DNA of 32,000 nucleotides from Halomicronema hongdechloris C2206 (lineage in GTDB: Bacteria; Cyanobacteriota; Cyanobacteriia; Phormidesmidales; Phormidesmidaceae). Below are positions 1 to 9,226 of this stretch, piece after piece. Location: the NCBI RefSeq assembly GCF_002075285.3, contig NZ_CP021983.2, positions 2,220,001-2,252,000 on the forward strand, read 5' to 3'. The notes beneath the pieces are model-generated. The model saw nothing but the letters and a program-made list of their open reading frames with translations, did not search any database and was not told the origin of the DNA. Made by a program: the position numbers and the translations under genes. Positions within the stretch are counted from its first letter, which is position 1. Every line of letters starts with the position of its first letter.

Positions 1-219
1 TTATTCTTTCGAGTTTGTGTATTAATTTTGATTTAATGCAGCGGGATGATATAGGGCTATCGACTGTGATTGAGGGAATAGAGAGAATGTAAAAGCTTTT
101 TAAGCTGGTCGTAACAATGGTTGAGCTAGCTAATAGTTAAATTAATCGTTTCCAGAGAAATAAAACCGCTCCGTCCTGGGCCTAAAGGCTAGCCACATAA
201 GCATCCTTTCCTAGAGAGG

Positions 220-250
220 CACCCCAGACCTACATCGGCCTGGGGTGTTT
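220..250. terminator. GC-rich stem-loop (CACCCCAG ... CTGGGGTG) followed by TTT on the + strand; possible terminator near the 3' end of the IsiA-like gene
   Basis: 8-bp perfect arms at 220-227 and 240-247 plus 2 inner pairs. The T-run is on the + strand only, so which transcript it terminates is unclear. Confidence 0.3.
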
Positions 251-289
251 GGCTGACACCAGCTCCCTAACCTGAAGGTTTAGTCATGT

Positions 290-1879
290 TTAGTCATCTG
301 CTTCAGGGGTATTCGCTTGCGCTTCACTTGCTTCATGGGAGCCGTGGTCAGCATCATCTTGGTCAGCATCATCTTGACTAGAGGCAACTGCAACCCCAGG
401 GTCAGAGCCACGCTGACTGGCCCCAGTGACGCTCCCAAAGTGATGACCATTGCCTTGGCTAGGCTCATACATCACCGGGTCAATCGGACTCGGGTAATTT
501 AGCTGTTGGTGAGGTACTTTGGGCTGCTCATATATTCTCTGGGTGGTTCGCCCTCCATAGCCGCCAAACAGCGCCTTGGCCTCTGCTTCAGCCGGCGGAT
601 GATAAAACGTCAGTTTACGGGGATGGAAGGTGGTTTCATATAGCGTCGTTCGTACCCCCTTGACCTCGGCCAGGCTAGGTGCATGCTTCCCTAGCGAGGG
701 AGGATGGTACAGGTAGTCTTCGGGGATATATTCCTGCTTGAGAAGTGAGCCAGGTCTTACCTGAGGGGCTTCGTATTGGACCTCTAACAAGGGCTGGGGG
801 CTGGGGTGAACTGGGTTTTGATAGACCAGAGTGGGGTTATCGCTAGCTTCGGCGAGGTTCTGCCGCCAAGTCTGTACAACCTTGTTAATGTCGAGGCCCG
901 TGGCTATCTGATAGTGCCAGAGCCCTCCCTGCAGGAAGAAAAAGGCCAAATAGAAGTGGGTATTAGCTAGCCAAGTACGAGACGTATACCCCTCAGTTAG
1001 AGTGGCATTGGGATCAAAGTAAGCCGGCAAAAAGGCAGACTTGAGTTCCAGCGTTGGCCCGTAAAACTCGACTGGATAGGCCAGGCTACTAAAACCACAG
1101 TAGTAGGAAGCCGCAAACCCAGCCAGCGCAATGCCGAATAGAGAATAGGCCAAAATGCCATTGGCAGAAAACAGAAACAGTTGTCTGACCCACTTAAAGG
1201 GGGGCACTAGGATGTGCCAAGCTCCTCCTAGCACCAGCAGGACTGCCACATAGATGTGACCACCCACCAGATCCTCGAGGTTATTCACATCAAACAGGTG
1301 GGTACGGTAGCTAAAGATGGTGCCTACGTCTAAGGTGGGATCGCTAACTACGCGCACTTCCCCCAGAGTGGCATCATACAAGCCGCCGAAGAACATCGCC
1401 TTAGCGACTAACAACAGAGCTCCTAAACCAAGAATGGCCAGATGGTGCCCTAAGATGAAGCCCAGCTGCTTGGGATCATCCCAGTTGAAATGAAACTTGC
1501 TAGCGTTACCGCGTTCCATATCGAGATTGGGGGAAAGGCGGGTGCGATGGAAATAAGCGCCCCCCGCCAATACTCCTGCAGCCACAATATGGATGGCACC
1601 AATTGCTAGGAAGGGAAACGTATTTGCGATGGCCCCATTGGCGCCTACTCCCCAACCTTGGGTAGCCAAATGGGGCAATAGAATCAGCCCCTGAGCATAC
1701 ATGGGCTGAGTGGGAGAATAAACCGCGAGTTCGAACAGGGTAAAGACCCCGGCCCAAAGCATGATCAAGGCCGCCTGGGCAACATGGGCCACGATAAACG
1801 TATTGGATAAATCAATGAATCGGGCATTACCAGCCCACCAGGGATACCGCTCCTGGGTTTTGTTGACAGCGTACATCAT
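290..1879 (-). CDS. IsiA/CP43'/Pcb-family chlorophyll-binding antenna protein (IsiX-like) with a hydrophilic C-terminal extension of about 190 aa
   Basis: The first ~340 aa resemble IsiA/CP43 (WWAGNARF, FIVAHVAQAALIMLWAGVFTLFE, multiple His-containing hydrophobic helices). The start is taken as ATG 1879, because the ORF-track start at 1909 is a TTG. The tail is Pro/acid-rich. Confidence 0.85.
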   Translation of the reverse strand: MMYAVNKTQERYPWWAGNARFIDLSNTFIVAHVAQAALIMLWAGVFTLFELAVYSPTQPMYAQGLILLPHLATQGWGVGANGAIANTFPFLAIGAIHIVAAGVLAGGAYFHRTRLSPNLDMERGNASKFHFNWDDPKQLGFILGHHLAILGLGALLLVAKAMFFGGLYDATLGEVRVVSDPTLDVGTIFSYRTHLFDVNNLEDLVGGHIYVAVLLVLGGAWHILVPPFKWVRQLFLFSANGILAYSLFGIALAGFAASYYCGFSSLAYPVEFYGPTLELKSAFLPAYFDPNATLTEGYTSRTWLANTHFYLAFFFLQGGLWHYQIATGLDINKVVQTWRQNLAEASDNPTLVYQNPVHPSPQPLLEVQYEAPQVRPGSLLKQEYIPEDYLYHPPSLGKHAPSLAEVKGVRTTLYETTFHPRKLTFYHPPAEAEAKALFGGYGGRTTQRIYEQPKVPHQQLNYPSPIDPVMYEPSQGNGHHFGSVTGASQRGSDPGVAVASSQDDADQDDADHGSHEASEAQANTPEADD

Positions 1880-1911
1880 GAATTTAACTTTGATAAAGTT
1901 TGTCAACAATG

Positions 1912-1960
1912 ACCTATCTTAGGCGAGTACATGAGTCCTCGCCTAAGCAGTAAGATAGGT
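1912..1960 (-). promoter_or_regulatory. Intercistronic stem-loop between the apcB-like and IsiA-like genes (attenuator, partial terminator or mRNA-stability element)
   Basis: 10-bp perfect arms CTTAGGCGAG (1918-1927) and CTCGCCTAAG (1938-1947), extended by outer arms ACCTATC (1912-1918) and GATAGGT (1954-1960). Confidence 0.4.
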
Positions 1961-1982
1961 ACGCGAATCTGACAATGTAGCC

Positions 1983-2468
1983 TTAGCTAAGGCCTGAGAT
2001 GATGTGGTCTAAATAGACATCCATCTCTTGACCAGCATCGGCTCCTACCCGTTGGGTCACCACTTCTTTCATGGCCTGAATAGCCTGAATGGTGGGCTCA
2101 ATGGGAACGCCTAAAGATAGGTAAGTTTCTCGCAGTCCATTCAGGACCCGCTCATCGATGATCGAGGCATCTGCGGCTAGCATGGCGTAGGTGGCATAGC
2201 GTAAGAAGTAGTTTAAATCTCGTAGACAGGCCGCATAACGACGCCAGGGATACATGTTGCCCCCCGGTTCGGTAATCGTTCCATAGAGCAAACTCTTCCT
2301 GACTGCGTCGCTGATGATGCTGGCAGCACTATTCCCAATTTGGGTGGCCGCTTTTAACCGTAATGTTCCGCTCTGATAATATTGCCTCAGCTTTTCTAGA
2401 CTGGAATCTTCCAAGTAAGCACATCGCTCATCAGCGGGGTTAATGGCGGCAGTAATGATATCTTGCAT
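1983..2468 (-). CDS. apcB: Allophycocyanin beta-subunit family phycobiliprotein (ApcB paralog, possibly ApcB3-type)
   Basis: 161 aa. Near-colinear with canonical ApcB: [33 protein letters not shown] (chromophore Cys), [26 protein letters not shown]-terminus. Confidence 0.9.
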   Translation of the reverse strand: MQDIITAAINPADERCAYLEDSSLEKLRQYYQSGTLRLKAATQIGNSAASIISDAVRKSLLYGTITEPGGNMYPWRRYAACLRDLNYFLRYATYAMLAADASIIDERVLNGLRETYLSLGVPIEPTIQAIQAMKEVVTQRVGADAGQEMDVYLDHIISGLS

Positions 2469-2562
2469 GGTTTTTCTTAACTAAACTTGAGTACAACAGT
2501 GAAAGAATCAGGACTGAGAAACAAGGTCTCCGATGTTCTAGAGACTAACAATGTTTCAAAAC

Positions 2563-3039
2563 CTAAAACGCACGAATCAATTGATCAAAATAGGGGGCTA
2601 CCAGAGCTCCTTCCTCAGCGGTCAAAATTTCCATAGCAACCTCCTTGATGCAACGATATGCCACCTTGTGGTACGACAGAGGCAGAACTCCCAGTGACAC
2701 ATAACTCTCGCGTAGACCTTCAATCCCGAGATCTTCCATTGGCTTACCGTTACCTGCCAAAACGCAGTAACTTATAATACGGATGTACCAGCCCTGATCG
2801 CGTTGGCAATTAGCAGTTTTTTGAGGGTCGCCGCTGTTGCTGGGGGCGTCCGGACACTGAGCCCAGTAACGCTTGCTGCCTTCATCGACAAGTTTTTGCT
2901 GGTTTGCTGCAAGCTTCTGTGCTGCGCTAATGCGCACTGCTCCATCTTTAAAGAAGTCCTGGAGCTTATTGAGCTCAGCGCTACTAAGGAATCGATTGGC
3001 TTCGTCGGATTGAGCAATCACTTTGGCAACGATACTCAT
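2563..3039 (-). CDS. Divergent allophycocyanin alpha-subunit family phycobiliprotein (ApcA/ApcD paralog, possibly ApcD4-type)
   Basis: 158 aa from ATG 3039 (MSIVAKVI...). It has the phycobiliprotein alpha layout and a chromophore-region Cys in TANCQRDQGWYIRIISYC. It lies directly upstream of the apcB-like gene. Confidence 0.8.
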   Translation of the reverse strand: MSIVAKVIAQSDEANRFLSSAELNKLQDFFKDGAVRISAAQKLAANQQKLVDEGSKRYWAQCPDAPSNSGDPQKTANCQRDQGWYIRIISYCVLAGNGKPMEDLGIEGLRESYVSLGVLPLSYHKVAYRCIKEVAMEILTAEEGALVAPYFDQLIRAF

Positions 3040-3838
3040 GATCAAAAAACTCCTAAGTTAAGGTACAGACAGTGGGTCGGGTTGGTAAGGTACTGATACA
3101 TGGCCGATAAACCTATCGACCCAGCAATCCTTCAATTGATATCGATCGGGGCAGAGCCTGACTCAAGCAACCACAATATAACTACCATTAATCACCCGAG
3201 TTAAAGCCTATTATTTTGGTTTTGGCATTCTAACTGCAACCTGGTGACGATAGTAATTAGGCTCTATGGGTTGCATTAAGTTGTCGCAAAGGCAGAAATT
3301 AATCCTCGATGAAAGGAAAATTTCTACGTGTCCATAAACCAAATCATTCGCTCCAGACAAGTCAACTCAACGAGTTACCCACCTTTAGAAGATAAAAGCT
3401 TTGTGTCACTCGCTGATCATTCTCTTCAAGAAGCTTACACATAATTTTAAGGATGTTTACCTACAGAAAAATAATTTCTTCTCAGCGGCTCAAAAGTACC
3501 CTGCCTGGCTCAGCTCTGGCTAAACTAATGACAATCTTTATTGATAAATCCTGGTAGCGGACAGCCCATAGCCGACCGTCTGCAACCAAGTCTCAGCCAC
3601 CGCCGATTAGTCTACGACGCCCTCCTGATAGGGTTCGAGCTAAGCAACCACCGACTGAGGCAACGTCGATGCGATCGCAGCATGGCTCAACCATAGGCCG
3701 TCGGTCTACGATTGTTAGTAATGCGGATGGGGGTTAACAACGATGGCTACGCGGCTCATCACCGTGTACAAGGCAACCCATTGAAATTGCCCAGAACCTC
3801 AGAGAGCTTAATCGCCATGGGGCTGATGTTGATATTCA

Positions 3839-4192
3839 CTAGCGACGACTGTGCCACCAATCCTGTAGCTGTGGATCTAGCGACACAGTATACAGCGTCG
3901 TCACGAAAGGAGCGGTTCGATAGCTCTGGCCAAGAATTTCAACACAGTAGGAAGGATAGCGTTTAGTGGCAATATCGGCCACGAAGCGACGCCCAATCCG
4001 CCGCCAGCTGGGTTCTTTACTGTGCCACTGCAGCCGACAACAGGGCCAAGGCAATGTCTCGCGATCAAACAGACGGCAGCAGGGACCAATCACCCGATAG
4101 GTGAGATGGGCACCGGGACTCTGAAAAACATGGCCAGATGGCCAAGGGTGCTCAGCACTGGCAACTGAGGGCGGTATCATCGAAGCAGTCAT
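3839..4192 (-). CDS. Hypothetical Trp/Cys-rich protein, divergent from the DUF2470 gene
   Basis: 117-aa ORF with no family recognised. Position and ATG start are plausible, but the composition could also be a non-coding frame artefact. Confidence 0.3.
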   Translation of the reverse strand: MTASMIPPSVASAEHPWPSGHVFQSPGAHLTYRVIGPCCRLFDRETLPWPCCRLQWHSKEPSWRRIGRRFVADIATKRYPSYCVEILGQSYRTAPFVTTLYTVSLDPQLQDWWHSRR

Positions 4193-4224
4193 CTCATTTT
4201 TTGATGTAGTCTACGCCATCCTTT

Positions 4225-4503
4225 ATGTCTGAGCCAATTACGACTGCTGTGAGCGATCGCATCTGCAAGCATATGAATGAAGATCATGCAGACGCCCTAG
4301 TTCTCTATGCTCAAGTGTACGGCAAGACCCCAGGAGTCACAGCGGCTGCCATGGAGTCTATCGATCCGGCAGGGATGAATCTGATGGCCACGGTCAACGA
4401 TCAAGCGGTTCCTGTCCGCGTGACGTTTGACCATACTTTAGCCGATGCCGAAGATGCCCACCACACCCTAATCGATATGCTGAAGCAAGCTCGCCAAGGC
4501 TGA
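4225..4503 (+). CDS. DUF2470-family protein (HugZ/heme-utilisation C-terminal-like domain)
   Basis: The motif ICKHMNEDHADALVLYA is typical of DUF2470. 92 aa. Confidence 0.7.
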   Translation: MSEPITTAVSDRICKHMNEDHADALVLYAQVYGKTPGVTAAAMESIDPAGMNLMATVNDQAVPVRVTFDHTLADAEDAHHTLIDMLKQARQG

Positions 4504-4514
4504 TAGATTTGACC

Positions 4515-4757
4515 ATGAGTATCTCAGTTCGATTTTTACCCGATGACGTGTCGATTCAGGCCGAGGTTGGGGAACCATTACTACAGGTGGCGGAACGAGC
4601 CGGGGTAACTATCCCCACCGGGTGCTTGATGGGCTCCTGCCATGCCTGTGAAGTCGAACTCAATGACCAGGAGGACCCAATCTGTGCCTGTATTACGGCG
4701 GTTCCCTCAGGGCAGTCTAGTCTCACGATTAATCTGTATGTCGATCCAACCTGGTGA
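4515..4757 (+). CDS. Small 2Fe-2S ferredoxin-like protein
   Basis: Cys pattern GCLMGSCHACEV ... CAC and ferredoxin-like size (80 aa from ATG 4515). Confidence 0.7.
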   Translation: MSISVRFLPDDVSIQAEVGEPLLQVAERAGVTIPTGCLMGSCHACEVELNDQEDPICACITAVPSGQSSLTINLYVDPTW

Positions 4758-4994
4758 GGCTTTTGGAGCAGCATCAACGGTTAGCAATCGCATCAGTTCT
4801 AGCCTCTGCCCTCAGGTAAACCACAACTCCCTGAGTTCGGTTCTGCCCACCTACTCTGGGAATCGTCATTGTTACAGTATTTGTAGACATTATTGACTCC
4901 CAACATCTGCGCCTACACGCACTAGCGGTAGTACCAGCAGTAAATGTCCACGTATTTCGTTGTATTTCGTTGCTAGCCGAGTGAGGCAGTCATT

Positions 4995-5339
4995 GTGAAA
5001 GACCTATCTGGCCATACTCCTGAATTTTTCAATCACCGCAATGGTACTGAGCTCCCTAACACGTTGCTGCAGTACGTGCAATCCATGAGCCCTGAGACCA
5101 TTGCTCAGTTGTCTAAGCCGGCCTCGTCTGAGGCCCTCCAGGCTATGGAGCATAACATCATTGGACTGCTAGGGGGCTTGCCATCTCAGCATTTCGACAT
5201 CGAAGTAACCACTAGTCGCGAACACCTAGGACGGCTGCTAGCCTCTGCCATGATGAGTGGGTACTTCCTGCGGGGAGCAGAGCAGCGTCTGGCCTTTGAA
5301 CAGACTCTGGCCGGAAGCGATGGTGCCGACAGCGAGTGA
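4995..5339 (+). CDS. DUF760-family protein (conserved in cyanobacteria and plastids)
   Basis: LLQYVQSMSPETIAQLSKP ... GLLGGLP ... TSREHLGRLLASAMMSGYFLRGAEQR matches the DUF760 pattern. GTG start. The stop overlaps the mutY start. Confidence 0.7.
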   Translation: MKDLSGHTPEFFNHRNGTELPNTLLQYVQSMSPETIAQLSKPASSEALQAMEHNIIGLLGGLPSQHFDIEVTTSREHLGRLLASAMMSGYFLRGAEQRLAFEQTLAGSDGADSE

Positions 5340-6532
5340 GCCGTCGTTCATCGCCCCAGCGTAACCGTAGCCCCCGGGCTAAAGCTGCGATCGCAGCTTA
5401 CATCGCTGACATTGACTCAACGAACTCGGCAGGTTCAGCTAGTAACTTGCCGAGTTTTGTCGTGCAGCAACTCCGTCAGGCCTTACTAAGTTGGTATGCC
5501 CACCAGGGGCGAGATTTACCCTGGCGTCATAGTCGAGATCCCTACGCCATTTGGATCTCAGAGATCATGTTGCAGCAAACCCAGGTAACCACCGTCATCC
5601 CCTACTACCGGCGCTGGTTGCAACGCTTCCCCAATGTCGATAGCCTAGCTGCCGCAGATCTACAAGATGTGCTAAAAACCTGGGAAGGGTTGGGCTACTA
5701 TGCCCGTGCCCGCAACCTGCATCGCGCCGCCCAAACCATTGGGCAGCAACACGGTGGGCGATTTCCCCAGCAATTCGACCAAGCCCTGGCCCTGTCCGGC
5801 ATTGGCCGCACCACCGCCGGTGGCATTCTCAGCGCCGCCTTTAATCAGCCCTGGCCCATCCTAGATGGCAACGTCAAACGGGTATTGACTCGCCTCATCG
5901 CCCTAGACTGTCCCCCCAGCCAAGCCCTGCCAGAGCTATGGGACCTATCTACCACGCTGCTGTCACCCACTCAGCCCCGCGACTTCAACCAAGCTTTGAT
6001 GGATCTCGGCGCCACCCTCTGCACCCGCCGCCATCCCAATTGTCAGCAATGCCCTTGGCAACCATACTGTCGAGCGTACAATCTGAATGTACAGTCGGAG
6101 TTGCCCATGTCAGAAGCTCGTGGTCCCTTACCCCATAAACACATCGGCGTCGCTGTCATCTGGAACGATCAGCAGCAAATCCTCATCGACCGGCGTCGGC
6201 CGCAGGGGCTGCTGGGGGGACTCTGGGAATTTCCAGGCGGCAAAATCGAGGCCGGTGAAACGGTGGAAGCTTGCATCCAGCGGGAGGTGCAAGAGGAACT
6301 GGGCATTCATGTGGAAGTGGGGAAGCAACTCACCACGGTGGATCATGCCTACAGCCATTTCAAAGTCACCCTCAACGTCTACCACTGCCGCCATCGGCAA
6401 GGGGAGCCGCAACCGCTAGAATGCGATGAAATTCGCTGGGTTACTCTAGAGGAAATCAGCCAGTTTCCCTTTCCCAAGGCCAACCTGCAAATTATCGCAG
6501 CATTGCAGCAGGCTCACCACCTGCCGACTTAA
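5336..6532 (+). CDS. mutY: A/G-specific adenine DNA glycosylase MutY with a C-terminal Nudix domain
   Basis: PWR..RDPY.IW.SEIMLQQTQV, LGYYARARNLH, an HhH-GPD region, and the 4Fe-4S cluster loop CTRRHPNCQQCPWQPYC. The C-terminal domain has GLWEFPGGK. The start (GTG 5336) is uncertain. Confidence 0.9.
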   Translation: MSRRSSPQRNRSPRAKAAIAAYIADIDSTNSAGSASNLPSFVVQQLRQALLSWYAHQGRDLPWRHSRDPYAIWISEIMLQQTQVTTVIPYYRRWLQRFPNVDSLAAADLQDVLKTWEGLGYYARARNLHRAAQTIGQQHGGRFPQQFDQALALSGIGRTTAGGILSAAFNQPWPILDGNVKRVLTRLIALDCPPSQALPELWDLSTTLLSPTQPRDFNQALMDLGATLCTRRHPNCQQCPWQPYCRAYNLNVQSELPMSEARGPLPHKHIGVAVIWNDQQQILIDRRRPQGLLGGLWEFPGGKIEAGETVEACIQREVQEELGIHVEVGKQLTTVDHAYSHFKVTLNVYHCRHRQGEPQPLECDEIRWVTLEEISQFPFPKANLQIIAALQQAHHLPT

Positions 6533-6610
6533 GTCTGTTTTAAGCAAGGGCCAATAAAGGAATCGGTCTGGAGCAAGCCAGATATGGACACCATTGCAGA
6601 GGAGTAAACC

Positions 6611-7702
6611 GTGGCCAGGGTTAGGTTAGAAGGGATTACCCAACGGTTTGGAACCGCGACTGCCATCCAAGATATTACCCTCGCCATACCGGATGGCGAG
6701 TTTTGGGTACTAGTGGGTCCCTCCGGTTGCGGTAAATCTACGATCCTGAGAACTATTGCTGGCCTAGAGCCTGTGCAGGAAGGGCGTCTTTACATCGGCG
6801 ATACCCTGGTTAACCAGATCCGAGCCCGTCAGCGGGATGTGGCCATGGTGTTCCAGAATTATGCCCTGTATCCCCATATGACCGTGGCTGAAAACCTAGC
6901 CTTTGGCCTGCGCATGCGCCATAGGCCTATTCACGAACGTCAGGAGCAGGTGCATAAAATTGCCCGGTCTCTAGATATTGCCCATCTGCTAGATCGAAAG
7001 CCCAGGAAGCTTTCCGGCGGCCAGCAGCAGCGGGTAGCCCTAGGGCGGGCCATCGTCCGCAAACCCCAGGTTTTTCTCCTAGACGAGCCCCTATCTAACC
7101 TAGATGCCCAATTGCGAGATGATACCCGAGCTGAACTGAAGCAACTGCATCGGACCTTTGGCATCACCACCATCTACGTCACCCACGACCAAGTCGAAGC
7201 CATGACCCTAGCCGACCAAATCGTGGTGCTTCATCAGGGGCGTATTCAACAGATTGCCACCCCCCAAGCCGTCTATGCCCATCCAGCTAATTGCATGGTG
7301 GCTGCTTTCATGGGCAGTCCCCCGATGAATCTCCTAGAAGCCACCGTTGAAGCCAATGGCTTAAGGATCGATGGTCAGCGGGTTCCCCTTCCAGCTCTCG
7401 ACAGCCAGTCGACTGTCTCGGTGGGGCAACGAGTGATTGTCGGCCTACGGCCAGAACATCTACAGGTGAGTAGCGAATCCCAGGCAAGCTTAGGGGTCAC
7501 GGTGACTGTCGTCGAACCCCTAGGCCGTGAAACCCTGGTGCGCACCGTGCTACCCGATGCCCATCGTACCTTGCCCCAGTCGCTAAATTTACAGGTCTCC
7601 GGTAAGCTGTTACCGCAACCGGGGGAGCGGCTATGGGTGCAGTTAGACCCCGCTGAGATCTTTCTCTTCGATCCCATTACTGGCAATCCAGTGCAGCCTT
7701 GA
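6611..7702 (+). CDS. ABC transporter ATP-binding protein, MalK/UgpC-like (carbohydrate-type importer ATPase)
   Basis: Walker A GPSGCGKST, Q-loop, signature LSGGQQQRV, Walker B FLLDEPLSNLD, H-loop TH, and a C-terminal TOBE-like regulatory domain. Confidence 0.9.
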   Translation: MARVRLEGITQRFGTATAIQDITLAIPDGEFWVLVGPSGCGKSTILRTIAGLEPVQEGRLYIGDTLVNQIRARQRDVAMVFQNYALYPHMTVAENLAFGLRMRHRPIHERQEQVHKIARSLDIAHLLDRKPRKLSGGQQQRVALGRAIVRKPQVFLLDEPLSNLDAQLRDDTRAELKQLHRTFGITTIYVTHDQVEAMTLADQIVVLHQGRIQQIATPQAVYAHPANCMVAAFMGSPPMNLLEATVEANGLRIDGQRVPLPALDSQSTVSVGQRVIVGLRPEHLQVSSESQASLGVTVTVVEPLGRETLVRTVLPDAHRTLPQSLNLQVSGKLLPQPGERLWVQLDPAEIFLFDPITGNPVQP

Positions 7703-7792
7703 CGAACTGTCGTAAAAGTTAATCGGTAGCACCTATCCATCGATAGGGGTTCAGGGCTATGGTAACCATCACTCTCCTTGGTAGATCCCCCC

Positions 7793-8824
7793 ATGGTTCC
7801 TATGGATGCACCTCAAGTATCGATGACTCTGCCAGAAACCCTGACTCAAATGGCCACAGGTCACTGGTTGGCCCAGTCTATCTACGTTGCTGCCAAGTTA
7901 GGCCTGGCCGATTACTTAACCGACGGACCGCAAGCCTACCAAGCCTTGGCAACGGCAACGACAAGCCATGCTCCCTCCCTATATCGCCTACTGCGGGCTC
8001 TAGCCAGCGTCGGGATTTTTGTGGAACAGGATCCTGGTGAGTTTGCCCTCACCCCCCTGGCCTATTATTTGCGCAGCGATGTCCCAGACTCGCTGCGGGC
8101 CATGGCCCTGATGAACGGCGAAGAACACTACCAAGCCTGGGGCAATCTACTGCACAGTATTCAAACCGGTGAGAGTGCCTTCACGTCAATGTATGGCATG
8201 CCCGTATTCCAGTATCTTGGCCAGACCCCAGCGGCGGCAGCCGTGTTTGATCAAGCCATGATCAGCTACTCGTCCATGGAAATTCCGGCGGTTCTAGATG
8301 CCTACGACATGGCTGGGGTGACCACCGTTGTCGATGTGGCCGGAGGTCGAGGCGGATTTCTGGCGGCGATCCTAGCCCGGTATCCCCAGATCCAAGGCAT
8401 CCTTTTTGATCAGCCTGGTGTCGCCAGCGGTGCCCAGGCCTATTTGGCTGAGCGAGGGGTACACGACCGAGTGCAATGGGTAGGTGGTGATTTCTTTGAG
8501 GCCGTACCAACCGGCGGCGATATTTACCTGCTGAAGCATATCCTCCATGACTGGGGCGATGCTGACTGTGGCAGAATCCTGCGAACTTGCCATCAGGCCA
8601 TGGCCAAGACGGCCCGCTTGTTAGTGGTAGAAATGGTGATTCCCGGGGGAAATGCCCCCCATCCTGGTAAGTTCCTAGACTTGAACATGCTAGTCATGTG
8701 CGACGGCGGCCGCGAGCGCACGGCTGCGGAATACCGGCAATTATTGGAGACCACTGGATTCCAACTAGGTCAGATTCTGCCCACCCAGGCTCCTGTCAGT
8801 GTGATTGAGGCTGTCCCCGTTTAA
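7793..8824 (+). CDS. Class I SAM-dependent O-methyltransferase (Methyltransf_2 type with an N-terminal dimerisation domain)
   Basis: VVDVAGGRGG SAM-binding motif, HILHDW motif, and an N-terminal winged-helix dimerisation region. ATG 7793 is preferred over the TTG at 7778. Confidence 0.8.
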   Translation: MVPMDAPQVSMTLPETLTQMATGHWLAQSIYVAAKLGLADYLTDGPQAYQALATATTSHAPSLYRLLRALASVGIFVEQDPGEFALTPLAYYLRSDVPDSLRAMALMNGEEHYQAWGNLLHSIQTGESAFTSMYGMPVFQYLGQTPAAAAVFDQAMISYSSMEIPAVLDAYDMAGVTTVVDVAGGRGGFLAAILARYPQIQGILFDQPGVASGAQAYLAERGVHDRVQWVGGDFFEAVPTGGDIYLLKHILHDWGDADCGRILRTCHQAMAKTARLLVVEMVIPGGNAPHPGKFLDLNMLVMCDGGRERTAAEYRQLLETTGFQLGQILPTQAPVSVIEAVPV

Positions 8825-9120
8825 ATTCCACTGGCTGACAAACGGGCCTGAAACGCCTCCCAGGTTAGGTTACGCTCTAGGTACTGGGGGTTGTCGGGGG
8901 TATAGGGCCCCTGGAGACGATCGATGCAGCGGATCTTGGCATCGACAGGAATCACGGGTACCTCTGGATTGGCAGCGGTGGGACGTACCAGGGAGCTGGA
9001 GAAGCCACGGAAGATAACGATTTCGTCAGTGGCGCCGTCGATATCAGCCGTGACGAGTAGCACTTCCTGGGGATGCTTGAGGGTATAGTCTTCTAGACGT
9101 TTTCCGGGTGAAGCAACCAT
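8821..9120 (-). CDS. Conserved hypothetical protein
   Basis: 99-aa ORF with ATG start and a coding-like composition. It converges on the methyltransferase gene and overlaps it by 4 nt. Family not recognised. Confidence 0.5.
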   Translation of the reverse strand: MVASPGKRLEDYTLKHPQEVLLVTADIDGATDEIVIFRGFSSSLVRPTAANPEVPVIPVDAKIRCIDRLQGPYTPDNPQYLERNLTWEAFQARLSASGI

Positions 9121-9226
9121 GGTTGTTTATGGTGGAGAACTAGGACTCTGCGACAGGCGCCTCATTGACTAGTCGTCGGCCAGGCTGACGTTGGCCGCTA
9201 TAGATGGAGAGCCTGCGGAATTGATA

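Noticed and set aside
3100-3838. Long non-coding region upstream of the phycobiliprotein operon, including ORF 3712-3966; checked for tRNA, sRNA or repeats
   Set aside because: No cloverleaf, strong hairpin-plus-U-tract or repeat was seen. The ORF has no start context or motif. It is probably a promoter/regulatory region, but nothing specific can be supported.
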